Positions 1 to 12,931 of a stretch of DNA of 64,000 nucleotides are shown piece by piece. The stretch comes from Macrostomum lignano (taxonomy: Eukaryota): the NCBI GenBank assembly GCA_002269645.1, contig NIVC01000318.1, positions 34,920-98,919 of the forward strand, in the 5' to 3' direction. Position numbers and translations under genes: made by a program. The notes below the pieces were generated by a model. It did not search any database, was not told the DNA's origin, and saw only the letters and a program-made list of their open reading frames with translations. How positions within the stretch are numbered: the stretch's first letter is position 1; each line of letters starts with the position of its first letter.

Positions 1-224
1 CTTCTACTCTTTCCTAAGCCCAATTAAGGGCAAACCGAGACCGGCTGAGGTCGGTGCTGTGCCGGATGCTGTCGGAGTCTGACAACCGCTGTGCGACTCG
101 CGTGGAGCTCCTGTCATCACCCAAACTGATTGGGAAGGGATCTCTTCCCTCTTCTGGCCTGACGAAGAGCCTCGGGGGTTGAAACCGGTCGACAATTAAT
201 TACAATAACTCGACACGCAGTGAC

Positions 225-394
225 TTCTCTCGCTCTCGCTCTCTCTCTCTTTCCCCCACTCTCTCGCGTTCTCTCTCCTTCTCGCTCTCTCTCTCGCTCT
301 CTCTCTCGCTCTCTCTCTCGCTCCCTCTCTCTCCCTCTCTCTCTCTCGCTCTCTCTCTCTTTCCCCCACTCTCTCGCGTTCTCTCTCCTTCTCG

Positions 395-484
<90 letters not shown>

Positions 485-551
485 CTCTCTCTCTTTTCCC
501 CACTCTCTCGCGTTCTCTCTCCTTCTCGCTCTCTCTCTCTCTCGCTCTCTC

Positions 552-650
<99 letters not shown>

Positions 651-764
651 CTCTCTCTCTCTCTCGCTCTCTCGCTCTCTCTCTCTCTCGCTCTCTCTCT
701 CTCGCTCTCTCTCTCTCGCTCTCTCTCTCTTTCCCCCACTCTCTCGCGTTCTCTCTCCTTCTCG

Positions 765-850
<86 letters not shown>

Positions 851-894
851 CTCTCTCTCTTTCCCCCACTCTCTCGCGTTCTCTCTCCTTCTCG

Positions 895-951
<57 letters not shown>

Positions 952-1085
952 GCTCTCTCTCTCGCTCCCTCTCTCTCCCTCTCTCTCTCTCGCTCCCTCT
1001 CTCTCGCTCTCTCTCTCTCTCTCTCCCTCTACCCCTCTTCACACTCTCTCTACCTCTCTTCCTCTCTCTTCTCTCCCTCTCGCTC
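225..1085. repeat. (CT)n/(GA)n microsatellite with recurring variant blocks
   Basis: Direct reading of the sequence; the ERERER and SLSLSL ORFs here are artefacts of it. Confidence 0.97.
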
Positions 1086-1486
1086 CCCCTCTCCCCCCTC
1101 TTTCTCCTTCTCAGTCTTCGTTCCTCAGTCAGAAACAAAATCATCATCACCCGAAAGCCAGAGTCTTATTTGGTCTCTGATCTGTGATTGGCCAACTGAG
1201 CCGCTCCCAGATTCTCCACTCGTTTCTGGATAAATTCTCGCCCAACTCCGAGATCTGTCTTCGCCTTCAACAGTTTTTCAGACAAGAAAAAACTCAAATT
1301 CTCTGTTGAAACAGAACCTTCTGCATATCAGCTTAAAGGTAAGGCTGGCCGAACATTTTCAGTAGAATAACATAATGGGAACCTCTGCGGGCAAGCCATG
1401 CGGCGCTAAGAAACTGGATCTGAAGATTAATTCGTTTGCTACCGAAGCTTAGCTCAGAAGGTCCGACTGAGCTCCATCTCTCAGTC

Positions 1487-2452
1487 GGACAAGAGAGGGA
1501 GGGACAAGAGAGGGAGGGACAAGAGAGGGAGGGACAAGAGAGGGAGGGACAAGAGAGGGAGGGACAAGAGAGGGAGGGACAAGAGAGGGAGGGACAAGAG
1601 AGGGAGGGACAAGAGAGGGAGGGACAAGAGAGGGAGGGACAAGAGAGGGAGGGACAAGAGAGGGAGGGACAAGAGAGGGAGGGACAAGAGAGGGAGGGAC
1701 AAGAGAGGGAGGGACAAGAGAGGGAGGGACAAGAGAGGGAGGGACAAGAGAGGAGGGACAAGAGAGGGAGGGACAAGAGAGGGAGGGACAAGAGAGGGAG
1801 GGACAAGAGAGGGAGGGAAAAGAGAGGGAGGGACAAGAGAGGGAGGGACAAGAGAGGGAGGGACAAGAGAGAGGGACAAGAGAGGGAGGGACAAGAGAGG
1901 GAGGGACAAGAGAGGAGGGACAAGAGAGAGGGACAAGAGAGGGAGGGACAAGAGAGAGGGACAAGAGAGGGAGGGACAAGAGAGGGAGGGACAAGAGAGG
2001 GAGGGACAAGAGAGGGAGGGACAAGAGAGGGAGGGACAAGAGAGGGAGGGACAAGAGAGGGGGACAAGAGAGGGAGGGACAAGAGAGGAGGGACAAGAGA
2101 GGGAGGGACAAGAGAGGGAGGGACAAGAGAGTGAGGGACAAGAGAGGGAGGGACAAGAGAGAGGGACAAGAGAGGGAGGGACAAGAGAGGGAGGGACAAG
2201 AGAGGGAGGGACAAGAGAGAGGGACAAGAGAGGGAGGGACAAGAGAGGGAGGGACAAGAGAGGAGGGACAAGAGAGGGAGGGACAAGAGAGGGAGGGACA
2301 AGAGAGTGAGGGACAAGAGAGGGAGGGACAAGAGAGGAGGGACAAGAGAGTGAGGGACAAGAGAGGGAGGGACAAGAGAGGGAGTCCCTCCTCTTGTCCC
2401 TTGTCCTTGTCCTTGTCCTTGTCCTGGTCTCTTGTCCCTCCCTCTCTTGTCC
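1487..2452. repeat. 15-bp minisatellite (GGGAGGGACAAGAGA)n ending in a short inverted block at ~2385-2452
   Basis: Direct reading; the last ~65 bp are reverse-complement units (CTCTTGTCCCTCC). Confidence 0.95.
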
Positions 2453-2538
2453 CTCAGAAGGCCCACCCAGTGGAGTTGAAGCCCCTGCACAAACTGGTCT
2501 ATTTCGCAGACAAGTCAAGAAACTAAAAAAGCAACAAG

Positions 2539-3810
2539 ATGCCCGTCAAAGGAACCTGCAAAGCTGCGCCGCTGGTGCTGCTGCTGCTGCTGAGCCTCCA
2601 GCTGGCTCAGGCGGCGCCCTCGCGGCCTCGCGACGCGGCCTATCGCTATGCGCCTTCCGAGGCCGACCTGGCGGTGCCCAACGGCTCCTACCATCCCGCC
2701 GAGCAGGCGAATTTCAAGTGAGTCCTGCTCTGTCTTCGGCCTTTGAGGCGGGGTTCAGCGATTTTTGGTCATTTTTAGTACTTCTGAGCCAGCCCATTTC
2801 ATGATGCCTAGCGACTGGGGCTGCCCAAAACCTTCAAATTATAGAAATCATGGGTTTTGTTTCAGTTTGAGTTTTCAGTTTCATTTTTTGTCTTTTAGAA
2901 ACTGATGTTTAAGAGCGTAATTTGTTTTGCACTACTCAGTTATAGTAGTCTAATGAGAGTTTATGTATTTTAAAATAAAAACAGCGTGGCCGAATGGAAG
3001 CGCAGCGGCTCGAATGACTTCAATGCGGCCCGTCTGCTGGCCAAGCTGGCCGACTTCAAAGCCAAGAATGACTTCTTGACCCAGCGGATTCGGTGAGAGC
3101 CACTGCGGTGTTTACACTTTAAACAGGAGTGTTTAAACTGTAAACATGAGGTGTTTACACTGTAGACAGGGGCGTTTACACTGTAGACAGAGGTGTTTAA
3201 ACTGTAGACAGGGGTGTTTACACTGTAGACAGGGGGTGTTTACACTGTAGACAGGGATGTTTACACTGTAGACAGGGATGTTTACACTGTAGACAAAGGT
3301 GTTTAAACTGTAGACAGGGGTGTTTAAACTGTAGACAGGGGTGTTTACACTGTAGACAGGGGGTGTTTACACTGTAGACAGGGGTGTTTACACTGTAGAC
3401 AGAGGGTGTTTAAACTGTAGACAGGGATGTTTAAACTGTAGACAGGGATGTTTACACTGTAGATAAAGGTGTTTAAACTGTAGACAGGGGTGTTTAAACT
3501 GTAGACAGGGGTGTTTACACTGTAGACAGGGGGTGTTTACACTGTAGACAGGGGTGTTTACACTGTAGACAGGGGTGTTTACACTGTAGACAGGGTGTTT
3601 ACACTGTAGACAGGGGGTGTTTACACTGTAGACAGGGATGTTTACACTGTAGACAGGGGTGTTTACACTGTAGACAGAGGGTGTTTACACTGCAGACAGG
3701 AAAGTGCTCACACAGTAAACAGGTGATGATTAAACCGGACAAGCCAACAGGAAAGTCGGGGGTCACAGTTGTCAATCAATATCCCTGATCCTCATTGCAG
3801 CATGGGCTGA
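2539..3810 (+). CDS. Neuropeptide precursor, NPY/NPF-like gene structure; predicted SGSNDFNAARLLAKLADFKAKNDFLTQRIRM-amide
   Basis: Exons 2539-2717, 2985-3092 and 3801-3810 join in frame with GT..AG introns (both phase 2). Signal peptide LVLLLLLSLQLAQA, KR cleavage site, C-terminus RIR|MG-stop with Gly as amide donor. Confidence 0.8.
3112..3700. repeat. 21-22 bp intronic minisatellite (GTGTTTACACTGTAGACAGGG)n
   Basis: Direct reading; lies in intron 2 of neuropeptide gene 1. Confidence 0.95.
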
Positions 3811-4114
3811 AGATGGAGCCAAGCAAGCCGGAAGGAACCCAGTGCAGCCAGGGAAGCCTTTGTACTCGAGATCGACCACTGATTGCAACTTCCTGCTATT
3901 ACAGAAATCCCAAATTGCAACAAACTCGATGTGGTAGAACGCTGCTGATGAATTAATGAAAATATAAAACAAGAGGACACTGCTGATCTCACAGCTACAC
4001 TTGCTTCAAAAAAGCAAATTTAAGTGTTTTAATTTTCATTTCATAAGCAAAGACTGTAAAACTGAAATTACATGCAACCCGAATAACAAAACCCGAATCT
4101 GCTTCAGTTCCAGC

Positions 4115-5376
4115 ATGGCCCGCTCTGGTCACCGATTCAATGGGGCTCTGCTTCCGCTGCGTCTGCTGCTGTGGCTGCTGCTGCTGGGCCAGCCGGCACC
4201 CCAGCTGGCGTTCAGGGCGGAACCGGCAGCTGGGATGGCTCGTGCGATGTCGCTCAGGGACAGCGGCGTTGCCATGGCAACTGGGTAAATTAATGGCTCA
4301 TTCAAACAGTGCTAAAATAGTCGCTCCAACTCTCAAACCTGAGGCGTGCTCACTCTGACACTTGAGACCTGCTCACTCTCACACTTGAGACCTGCTCACT
4401 CTCACACTTGAGACCTGCTCACTCTCACACTTGAGACTTGCTCACTCTCACACCTGAGACCTGCTCACTCTCACACCTGAGACCTACTCACTCTCACACC
4501 TGATACCTGCTCACTCTCACACTTGAGACCTGCTCAGTCTCACATCTGAGACCTGCTCACTCTCACACCTGATACCTGCTCACTCTCACACCTGAGACCT
4601 GCTCACTCTCACACCTGAGACCTGCTCACTCTCACACCTGAGACCTGCTCACTCTCACACCTGAGACCTGCTCACTCTCACACCTGAGACCTGCTCACTC
4701 CCACACCTGATACCTGCTCACTCCCACACCTGAGACCTGCTCACTCTCATACCTGAGACCTGCTCACTCTCACACCTGAGACCTGCTCACTCTCACACCT
4801 GAGACCTGCTCACTCTCACACCTGAGACCTGCTCACTCTCACACCTGAGACCTGCTCACTCCCACACCTGATACCTGCTCACTCTCACACCTGAGACCTG
4901 CTCACTCTCACACCTGAGACCTGCTCACTCTCACACCTGAGACCTGCTCACTCTCACACCTGAGACCTGCTCACTCTCACACCTGAGACCTGCTCACTCT
5001 CACACCTGAGACCTGCTCACTCTCACACCTGAGACCTGCTCACTCTCACACCTGAGACCTGCTCACTCTCACACCTGAGACCTGCTCACTCTCACACCTG
5101 AGACCTGCTCACTCTCACACCTGAGACCTGCTCACTCTCACACCTAGGACCTGCTCACACCTTTTCATTTCAGCGAGCTGTTTAGCCGCGGTCGCAGAGG
5201 GCAGTCAGAAGCTGAGCGGCTGATGGAGTTGCTCAGGCAGTCGTACGCAAGATACAGATTTCTCCGAGAACGAATCAGGTTCCAATAGTAGAGCTTAAAA
5301 CTTATTTTCAACATATTTGTTGCACCCTACTGGCAGTAATATGATAAATGAACCATTGAATTTCAGAATGGGCTGA
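4115..5376 (+). CDS. Neuropeptide precursor paralog 2; predicted GQSEAERLMELLRQSYARYRFLRERIRM-amide
   Basis: Exons 4115-4284, 5174-5278 and 5367-5376 join in frame (phase 2, phase 2). Hydrophobic signal LLPLRLLLWLLLLG, RR cleavage site, RIR|MG-stop identical to paralog 1. The second donor (GTTCCA) is weak. Confidence 0.75.
4355..5158. repeat. 23-bp intronic minisatellite (ACACCTGAGACCTGCTCACTCTC)n
   Basis: Direct reading; fills intron 1 of paralog 2 almost up to the acceptor. Confidence 0.95.
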
Positions 5377-5649
5377 CGCGCAATGAAGCGCGGACTTCAG
5401 AAACAGTTAGCGCTGTGCAAATAATGGAGCAACAGGACAAAATACTTGAATTAACAAATCCTTCGTTTGTTTTACTGAGCTGGACTGACACTAAACAATG
5501 ACAATGCAGTGTGTATACGTTTAATAAGTAGTGTACATACAGTGATCATATATAATTACAGTGGACATCTGAAAGGTGGGGTTGTTTTCTGTGAATTGGA
5601 AATTTTACTTTAAATAGAAAAAAATATTTATTAAACTATATTGATGCAG

Positions 5650-6095
5650 TACAGCCTACGATACAGACAAATACAGTTTACAGCACAACAGTGCCTACAG
5701 ACAAATACAGTTTACAGCACACTGTGCCTACAGACAGATACAGTTTACAGCATACAGTGCCTACAGACAAATACAGTTTACAGCACACTGTGCCTACAGA
5801 CAAATACAGTTTACAGCACACTGTGCCTACAGACAGATACAGTTTACAGCATACCGTGCCTACAGACAAATACAGTTTACAGCACACTGTGCCTACAGAC
5901 AGATACAGTTTACAGCATACAGTGCCTACAGACAAATACAGTTTACAGCACACAGTGCCTACAGACAAATACAGTTTACAGCACACAGTGCCTACAGTCA
6001 AATACAGTTTACAGCATACAGTGCCTACTGACAAATACAGTTTACAGCACACAGTGCCTACAGACAGATACAGTTTACAGCATGTAGCGCTTACA
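5650..6095. repeat. 33-bp minisatellite (ACAGTGCCTACAGACAAATACAGTTTACAGCAC)n
   Basis: Direct reading; the 11-aa periodic ORFs are artefacts. Confidence 0.95.
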
Positions 6096-6397
6096 GACAG
6101 ACAAAGTTGGCAGTTTCCAAAATTGCGCACATGGCAGACACTTCTGATCGCTTTGAATTGCCACTGAATTAGCAGCAGAATTCACCTCAGCAGGTGGCAT
6201 TTGTCTATGAAATACAAGAGATAGAAGTAATCACTCAGAGCCTCAAACTGCCAGCATAAATCGTTTCCTTTGTCAAAATGTCAGAGGCACAATGCGGGCT
6301 GCTCTTTGGTAATCTAAAAAGAGTCTAATCAAATTGATTTTCTGGATACAGTCCCCGTCCAGATGCGGCTCCCGCATCCAGAGTCTCTTGACAATGT

Positions 6398-7129
<732 letters not shown>

Positions 7130-7849
7130 TTGTTTTCACGCGTTCTGTCAAGGTGAGACTTATTATCGCGACTGGCAGTGGATTTGGCTGGCAGGTTTCT
7201 TTGGAAATCTGAGGCGCGCATTTTCTATTCAAAACCGTCAACAAACATTCTTTTTGCAGCCACGCCCTTTGCACTAGAAATTTCTATAATATTTGTCCGG
7301 ATCACACCCCAATCTGTTAAAATGGCCCCGATCACACCCCAGTCACTCGCAATGTCCCCGATCACACTCCGTTGAAATATCGGCAATATCTTTTGCACTA
7401 TCAATCAGTCTGGCGTATCAGAGGTGCCGCAGCCCATCCCCAGCTCAATAGCCTGGTTCCCCGCCAGATGAAGTGCTCATCAGCGACAAGATTCACCCCA
7501 TAATCGGGGAGTGGGGGTGGCACCGGCAGGCTAAAAAAAGCAACTCACAAGTGAATTATGAAACCCGGGCTCCGGGTCAAGGCGCCAGGTGAATGACTGA
7601 TGATCTTCCTGCATGGCTGAATAGAACTTACCCACCCCACCTGTGCAAGGAGAGTTGGATCTACAGCTAGGCGTAGGATTTTGATAAGAATTGAATATAG
7701 TAAATAGTAAAGTTAAAACTGACAAATGAAAATAAATAAATCTAGAAAATTACCCTTGAAAGGCAAAAGGAATCTTAGATAAGAAATCAATCAATAATTG
7801 ATCCTTATCGATAACTAGAGGGAGGAGAGAAGATCAGAAATTAATCGAT

Positions 7850-8310
7850 TATCGATCATTATCGATAATTTGAGGGATGAGAGAAGATGAGAAATTAATC
7901 AATAATCTATAATTGGGGGGATGAGAGAAGATGAGAAATCAATCGATAATCGATAATTGGAGGGATGAGAGAAGATGAGAAATCAATCGATAAACGATAA
8001 TTGGAGGGATGAGAGAAGATGAGAAGTCAATCGATAATCTCGATCATTGTCGATAATTGGAGAGATGAGAGAAGATGAGAAGTCAATCGATTATCGATCG
8101 TTATCGATAATTGGAGAGATGAGAGAAGATGAGAAGTCAATCGATTATCGATCGTTATCGATAATTGGAGAGATGAGAGAAGATGAGAAGTCAATCGATT
8201 ATCGATCGTTATCGATAATTGGAGGGATGAGAGAAGATGAGAAGTCAATCGATTATCGATCGTTATCGATAATTGGAGGGATGAGAGAAGATAAGAAATC
8301 AATCGATAAT
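7850..8310. repeat. 54-bp minisatellite rich in ATCGAT palindromes
   Basis: Period of 54 (TTATCG at 8101 and 8155). Confidence 0.9.
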
Positions 8311-8754
8311 TTAATGGCCCAGCGCCCGTGGACCTCGCAGTGCCCCATCTCTCTGCAATTCACGGTCCAGATATTACATCCAGTTCTCCTTGTCCACATT
8401 TCTAATTACCACCGTCTGTCAGACGTACCGTCGGAGGGCCGGCAGGATGGTTCGGGCTGGGTTAAAATTATTGAAAGTTTAAAAATAAACTCACATGAGT
8501 TCCTATACACTTGCTGAAGATCCGGCGGTCTGAAAGCCAATGGGGTGCGATCAGTTTTTGGAGCCTAAGGGCTCGCGGCCCAGTCATAAATGGACTCTTG
8601 AAACGGACGGCTATTTTCGTTGCGCACTCAAGACGGACCGGACCGGCAGCGCAATAATTATTCTTTTAGAACGAAACTCAACATCTGATCATCTAAAGAA
8701 GTTGAAAGTCTATGTGAGTCTGAGTAAAGTTTTACAAAATTTTACAAGCTTTTT

Positions 8755-9790
8755 CACAAACTAGACTCTTCACAACGATACAATTCACAAACTAGACAAT
8801 TCACAAGCTATACAATTAACAACCTAGAAAATTCCCAAATTAGACACTTCACAAACTTATATAATTCACAAACTAAACACTTCACAAAATACACAATTCA
8901 CAAACTAGACAATTCACAAGCTAGAAAATTCACAAACTAGACACTTCACAAGCTAGAAAATTCACAAACTAGACACTTCACAATCTATATAATTCACAAA
9001 CTAAACACTTCACAAACTAGACACTTCACAAAATACACAATTCACAAACTAGACAATTCACAAGCTAGAAAATTCACAAACTAGACACTTCACAAGCTAG
9101 AAAATTCACAAACTAGACACTTCACAATCTATATAATTCACAAACTAAACACTTCACAAACTAGACACTTCACAAAATACACAATTCACAAACTAGACAC
9201 TTCACAAGCTGGAAAATTCACAAACTAGACACTTCACAATCTATATAATTCACAAACTAAACACTTCACAAACTAGACACTTCACAAAATACACAATTCA
9301 CAAACTAGACAATTCACAAGCTAGAAAATTCACAAACTAGACACTTCACAATCTATATAATTCACAAACTAAACACTTCACAATCTATATAATTCACAAA
9401 CTAAACACTTCACAAACTAGACACTTCACAAAATACACAATTCACAAACTAGACACTTCACAAGCTGGAAAATTCACAAACTAGACACTTCACAATCTAT
9501 ATAATTCACAAACTAAACACTTCACAAACTAGACACTTCACAAAATACACAATTCACAAACTAGACAATTCACAAGCTAGAAAATTCACAAACTAGACAC
9601 TTCACAATCTATATAATTCACAAACTAAACACTTCACAATCTATATAATTCACAAAATAGAAACTTACAAACTAGACACTTCACAAAATACACAATTAAC
9701 AAACTAGACAGTTCACAAGCTAGATAATTCACAAACTAGACAATTCACAAACTAGACAGTTCACAAACTAGACAATTCACGAACTATACA
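8755..9790. repeat. 16-bp satellite (ACTTCACAAACTAGAC and variants) with higher-order blocks
   Basis: Direct reading; variant units recur in the same order. Confidence 0.9.
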
Positions 9791-9982
9791 ATTGCCTTCT
9801 CCTAGAAAACAAATCACTTCTAAAACCTAGAAACTTCACTTCGTAGATAACTGCTTTAGTATCCACTTTCGCCAACTAGAAATGTGAAAGGTTCCAGTTT
9901 TCAGTTTGTGAAGTGATTCCCTTTGAATTCGACCAGCTGTACGCCTAAAACACTGACCGATTATTGCAGGATCCGCTCGGAC

Positions 9983-10650
9983 ATGCCGATCAATCAGCTG
10001 ATCCAGCAGCCAGCGGCACTGCTGCTCCTCCTCATCCTGACCTGTCGAGCCGTTCAATGTCGGAGCATCCTGGAGTCGACCCAACCAGCTGACTTGGAAG
10101 AGGCCGGCAAGATCAGTTTTGGCGAGTTCGAGGCTCCGTCTGAGGCTTCGGCGGCTGGCAGCAGCCGGTGGTTGCAGGGAGGCGGGCGCCTCAGCGTGAA
10201 GAAGAAGTCCGTAAAGGAGATTCTGAAGCACTGGATTCTGTATCAGAGACCTCGGTGAGCGTCTGCGGCGCTGTCACTGTCACTTTCCATTTTAATGTCG
10301 CTGTCACTATCAGTTACTTTCACTGTCACTGTCACTGTCACTGTCACTGTCACTGTCACTGTCACTGTCACTGTCACTGTCACTGTCACTGTCACTGTCA
10401 CTGTCACTGTCACTGTCACTGCTACTGTCACTGTCACTGCTACTGTCACTGTCACTGTCACTGTCACTGTCACTGTCACTGTCACTGTCACTGTAACTCT
10501 CACTGTAACTGTACCTGTTACTATCACTGTCACTACCACTGTCACTGTCACTTTCTCTTTTAATGTCACTGTCACTTTCACTGTTACTGTCACTTTCACT
10601 GTCACTGTCACAGAAATCTATTCATCCTATATTGTAGATTCGGTCGGTAA
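9983..10650 (+). CDS. NPF: Neuropeptide F-like precursor ending ...[15 protein letters not shown]-amide
   Basis: Exon 9983-10254 ends AGA CCT CG|gtgagc; exon 10638-10650 is ag|A TTC GGT CGG TAA, giving RPR|FGR-stop. Signal peptide [16 protein letters not shown]. Basic KKK site upstream of the peptide. Confidence 0.85.
10272..10610. repeat. (CACTGT)n hexamer microsatellite in the NPF intron
   Basis: Direct reading. Confidence 0.95.
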
Positions 10651-10924
10651 ATCCCTATTCAACAGAGTTCCCCAGCTGAAGCGCAGGCACGATCCGATGA
10701 CTCACCGAGGTCAGCTGAGTAACTAACTCAAAACATCTATTTATTGGAAATAAACAGCTGCCGCAGACCCGAATAAAATCAATAATTTAGGCAAATTCAT
10801 CAGCTCTTGTGTGCGACGATTAATGAAATTTGTTTTTTTATTTGATTGTTCTCAGAATGCCGAATTGAAACTGAGTTAAGCCTCATTGGTAGGGCGGTTG
10901 CTGGGGCAGCAGTTTGGACTCTGT

Positions 10925-11076
10925 GGGGCGGTAGTGTGGGTTCCTAGGGTGCAAAGTGTGGGTTCCTAGGGTGGTAAGTGTGGGTTCCCAGTGTGGTAAG
11001 TGTGGGTTCCTAGGGTGGTAAGTATGGGTTCCTATGGCAGTAAGTGTGGGTTCCTATGGCGGTAAGTGTGGGTTCC
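10925..11076. repeat. ~22-bp minisatellite (TGTGGGTTCCTAGGGTGGTAAG)n
   Basis: Direct reading; lies between the two convergent NPF genes. Confidence 0.85.
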
Positions 11077-11291
11077 TCGCCTTTGAAATCTGGCAGAAAT
11101 TAAACAAAGGAAACAAAGACTTCGATCCGCGCTGTTTTGAGATTGCAAATTAGAATTCCAATTGAGCTTTGAAATTTTAGAGTTTTATTAATCAATTTTT
11201 CTTTGTTGGTTTTCTTTCAATAAGAAAGGCGCTGACACGGGGCTCAGTCGCTTGGGCTTCTTAATCTCTATCCACAGTTGGGTCCGACTGA

Positions 11292-12034
11292 CTACCTGCC
11301 GAACCTGAAATATGTGGGCAATTTTACTCGTAAATAAATATTTAAATTTTACTGATGCCCATTTGAGCTGTATGGTTGCTTAGCTACGAGTAGTGCGCAA
11401 TTAATTCACGATCTACATAAATTTCAATGCCTGATCCCACACCCCTCACTCCTGATCCCACACCCTTCACTCCTGACCCACAACCCTCACTCCTGACTCC
11501 ACACCCCTCACTCCTGACTCCACACCCCTCACTCCTGACTCCACAACCCTCACTCCTGATCCCACACCCTTCACTCCTGACCCACAACCCTCACTCCTGA
11601 CTCCACACCCCTCACTCCTGATCCCACACCCTTCACTCCTGACCCACAACCCTCACTCCTGACTCCACACCCCTCACTCCTGACTCCACACCCCTCACTC
11701 CTGACTCCACACCCCTCACTCCTGACTCCACACCCCTCACTCCTGACTCCACACCCCTCACTCCTGACTCCACACCCCTCACTCCTGACCCCACAACCCT
11801 CACTCCTGACACCACACCCCCACAGCCTGACCTGGGCCGCTGGTACAGCAGCCAGAACTTGGCCCTGGCGTTCGCATCGTACTCGGGCGGGATGAGCGCC
11901 TGAAACGGTGTGTCAGACCAGCGCTGCCGCACCTCTCGAGCTCCTCTTAGGCCGGTGCTGCGGCCGAGGACCGGGCGAATGTCGGGTTGGAGACACAACG
12001 CCAGAAACAGCGTCAGCATAAGCAGCTTGTACAT
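11292..12034 (-). CDS. NPF: Neuropeptide F-like precursor ending ...DANARAKFWLLYQRPRF-amide
   Basis: Minus-strand exon 12034-11832 ends CGG CCC AG|gtcagg; exon 11304-11292 is ttcag|G TTC GGC AGG TAG, giving RPR|FGR-stop. Signal peptide MYKLLMLTLFLALCL. Confidence 0.85.
11432..11822. repeat. 21-bp intronic minisatellite (CACACCCCTCACTCCTGACTC)n
   Basis: Direct reading; starts next to the splice donor of the minus-strand NPF gene. Confidence 0.95.
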
Positions 12035-12931
12035 CTCCTGAGCTTTGAGTAGTTCAGATTGGGAGCTAGAGAGAGAGAGAGAGAGAGATCAAAGGCAGCG
12101 TCAAGCGTCTCTACAGTCGGCTGTTATATACCTGTCAGCGATAATTTATTGATTGGCTCGGCAACCATCAGCACTGATTTTCAGGTGTGCTTATTATTCT
12201 GGGGTTCCTATTGCAACTGGAGTAATTCAGATTTTTGAAATTCCCGATTGGAACTGGAAGGAATTTCAATTTATGCTTGCCAGAGCCAAGCACGTGCAGT
12301 CCTGCTGGGCGACACCCAGGTAGGCAGCAGTGACAGATGAGTTCGAGTAACACGCACTCATCTTGCCCCGTAAATTTGATGTTAATTGCGACACACTCTG
12401 CCTCCAACTTCGGGGGGGGAGGCTTGCGCCTGGAAGGGCAGCTCAGTGGGGGGGGGGGGTTCCAGGTGGCCTCCTCTCTGCCCCGCGCGCCGTCTGTCAA
12501 TCAAACCTTGGCCTGCGATCATCGCTCGGAACAAAGAAATCTACGGCTATGCAGAGCCAAGGAGTCCCAGAACCAGAAGCTGGACTCTTAACCATTGCCA
12601 GACAGCAACTGTAATTACCCTTCGAAGCAACAGGCTGTGAGCGGGTGCTTGGACAAGAGTGAGCACTCCAGGTCACAGGCTCCAGACCTCCATGGCAGCA
12701 TTTTGGCATGTCTTGCTTTGCTTAATTCATGTCCTAAACTGACCCAATCTGCGCGGTAGAGTTTGACTAATTTTAAAACCAGCGCCGACCCGCCGAGAGC
12801 GGCCCACCACGTTGAGAAGGGGGCGTTGGAGCCCAGCTCAATAAATAGCTGGACAGCCTGCGGGACCGGCGTGTCAGTTTCGCTTGCCTCATCATAGCAG
12901 CTTCCCGGCCGAGTCAGAATCAACAAACGAC

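Noticed and set aside
117-2526. Long ORFs (ERERER, SLSLSL, EGQER, PPSLV)
   Set aside because: Translations of stop-free micro- and minisatellites; no coding signal.
7440-8600. Possible fifth, minus-strand spliced peptide gene ending R|WGG-stop (acceptor near 7648; exon candidates ~8330-8590)
   Set aside because: A phase-consistent join can be made, but it has no signal peptide, needs a weak donor and tiny exons, and lacks R-x-R; chance cannot be excluded.
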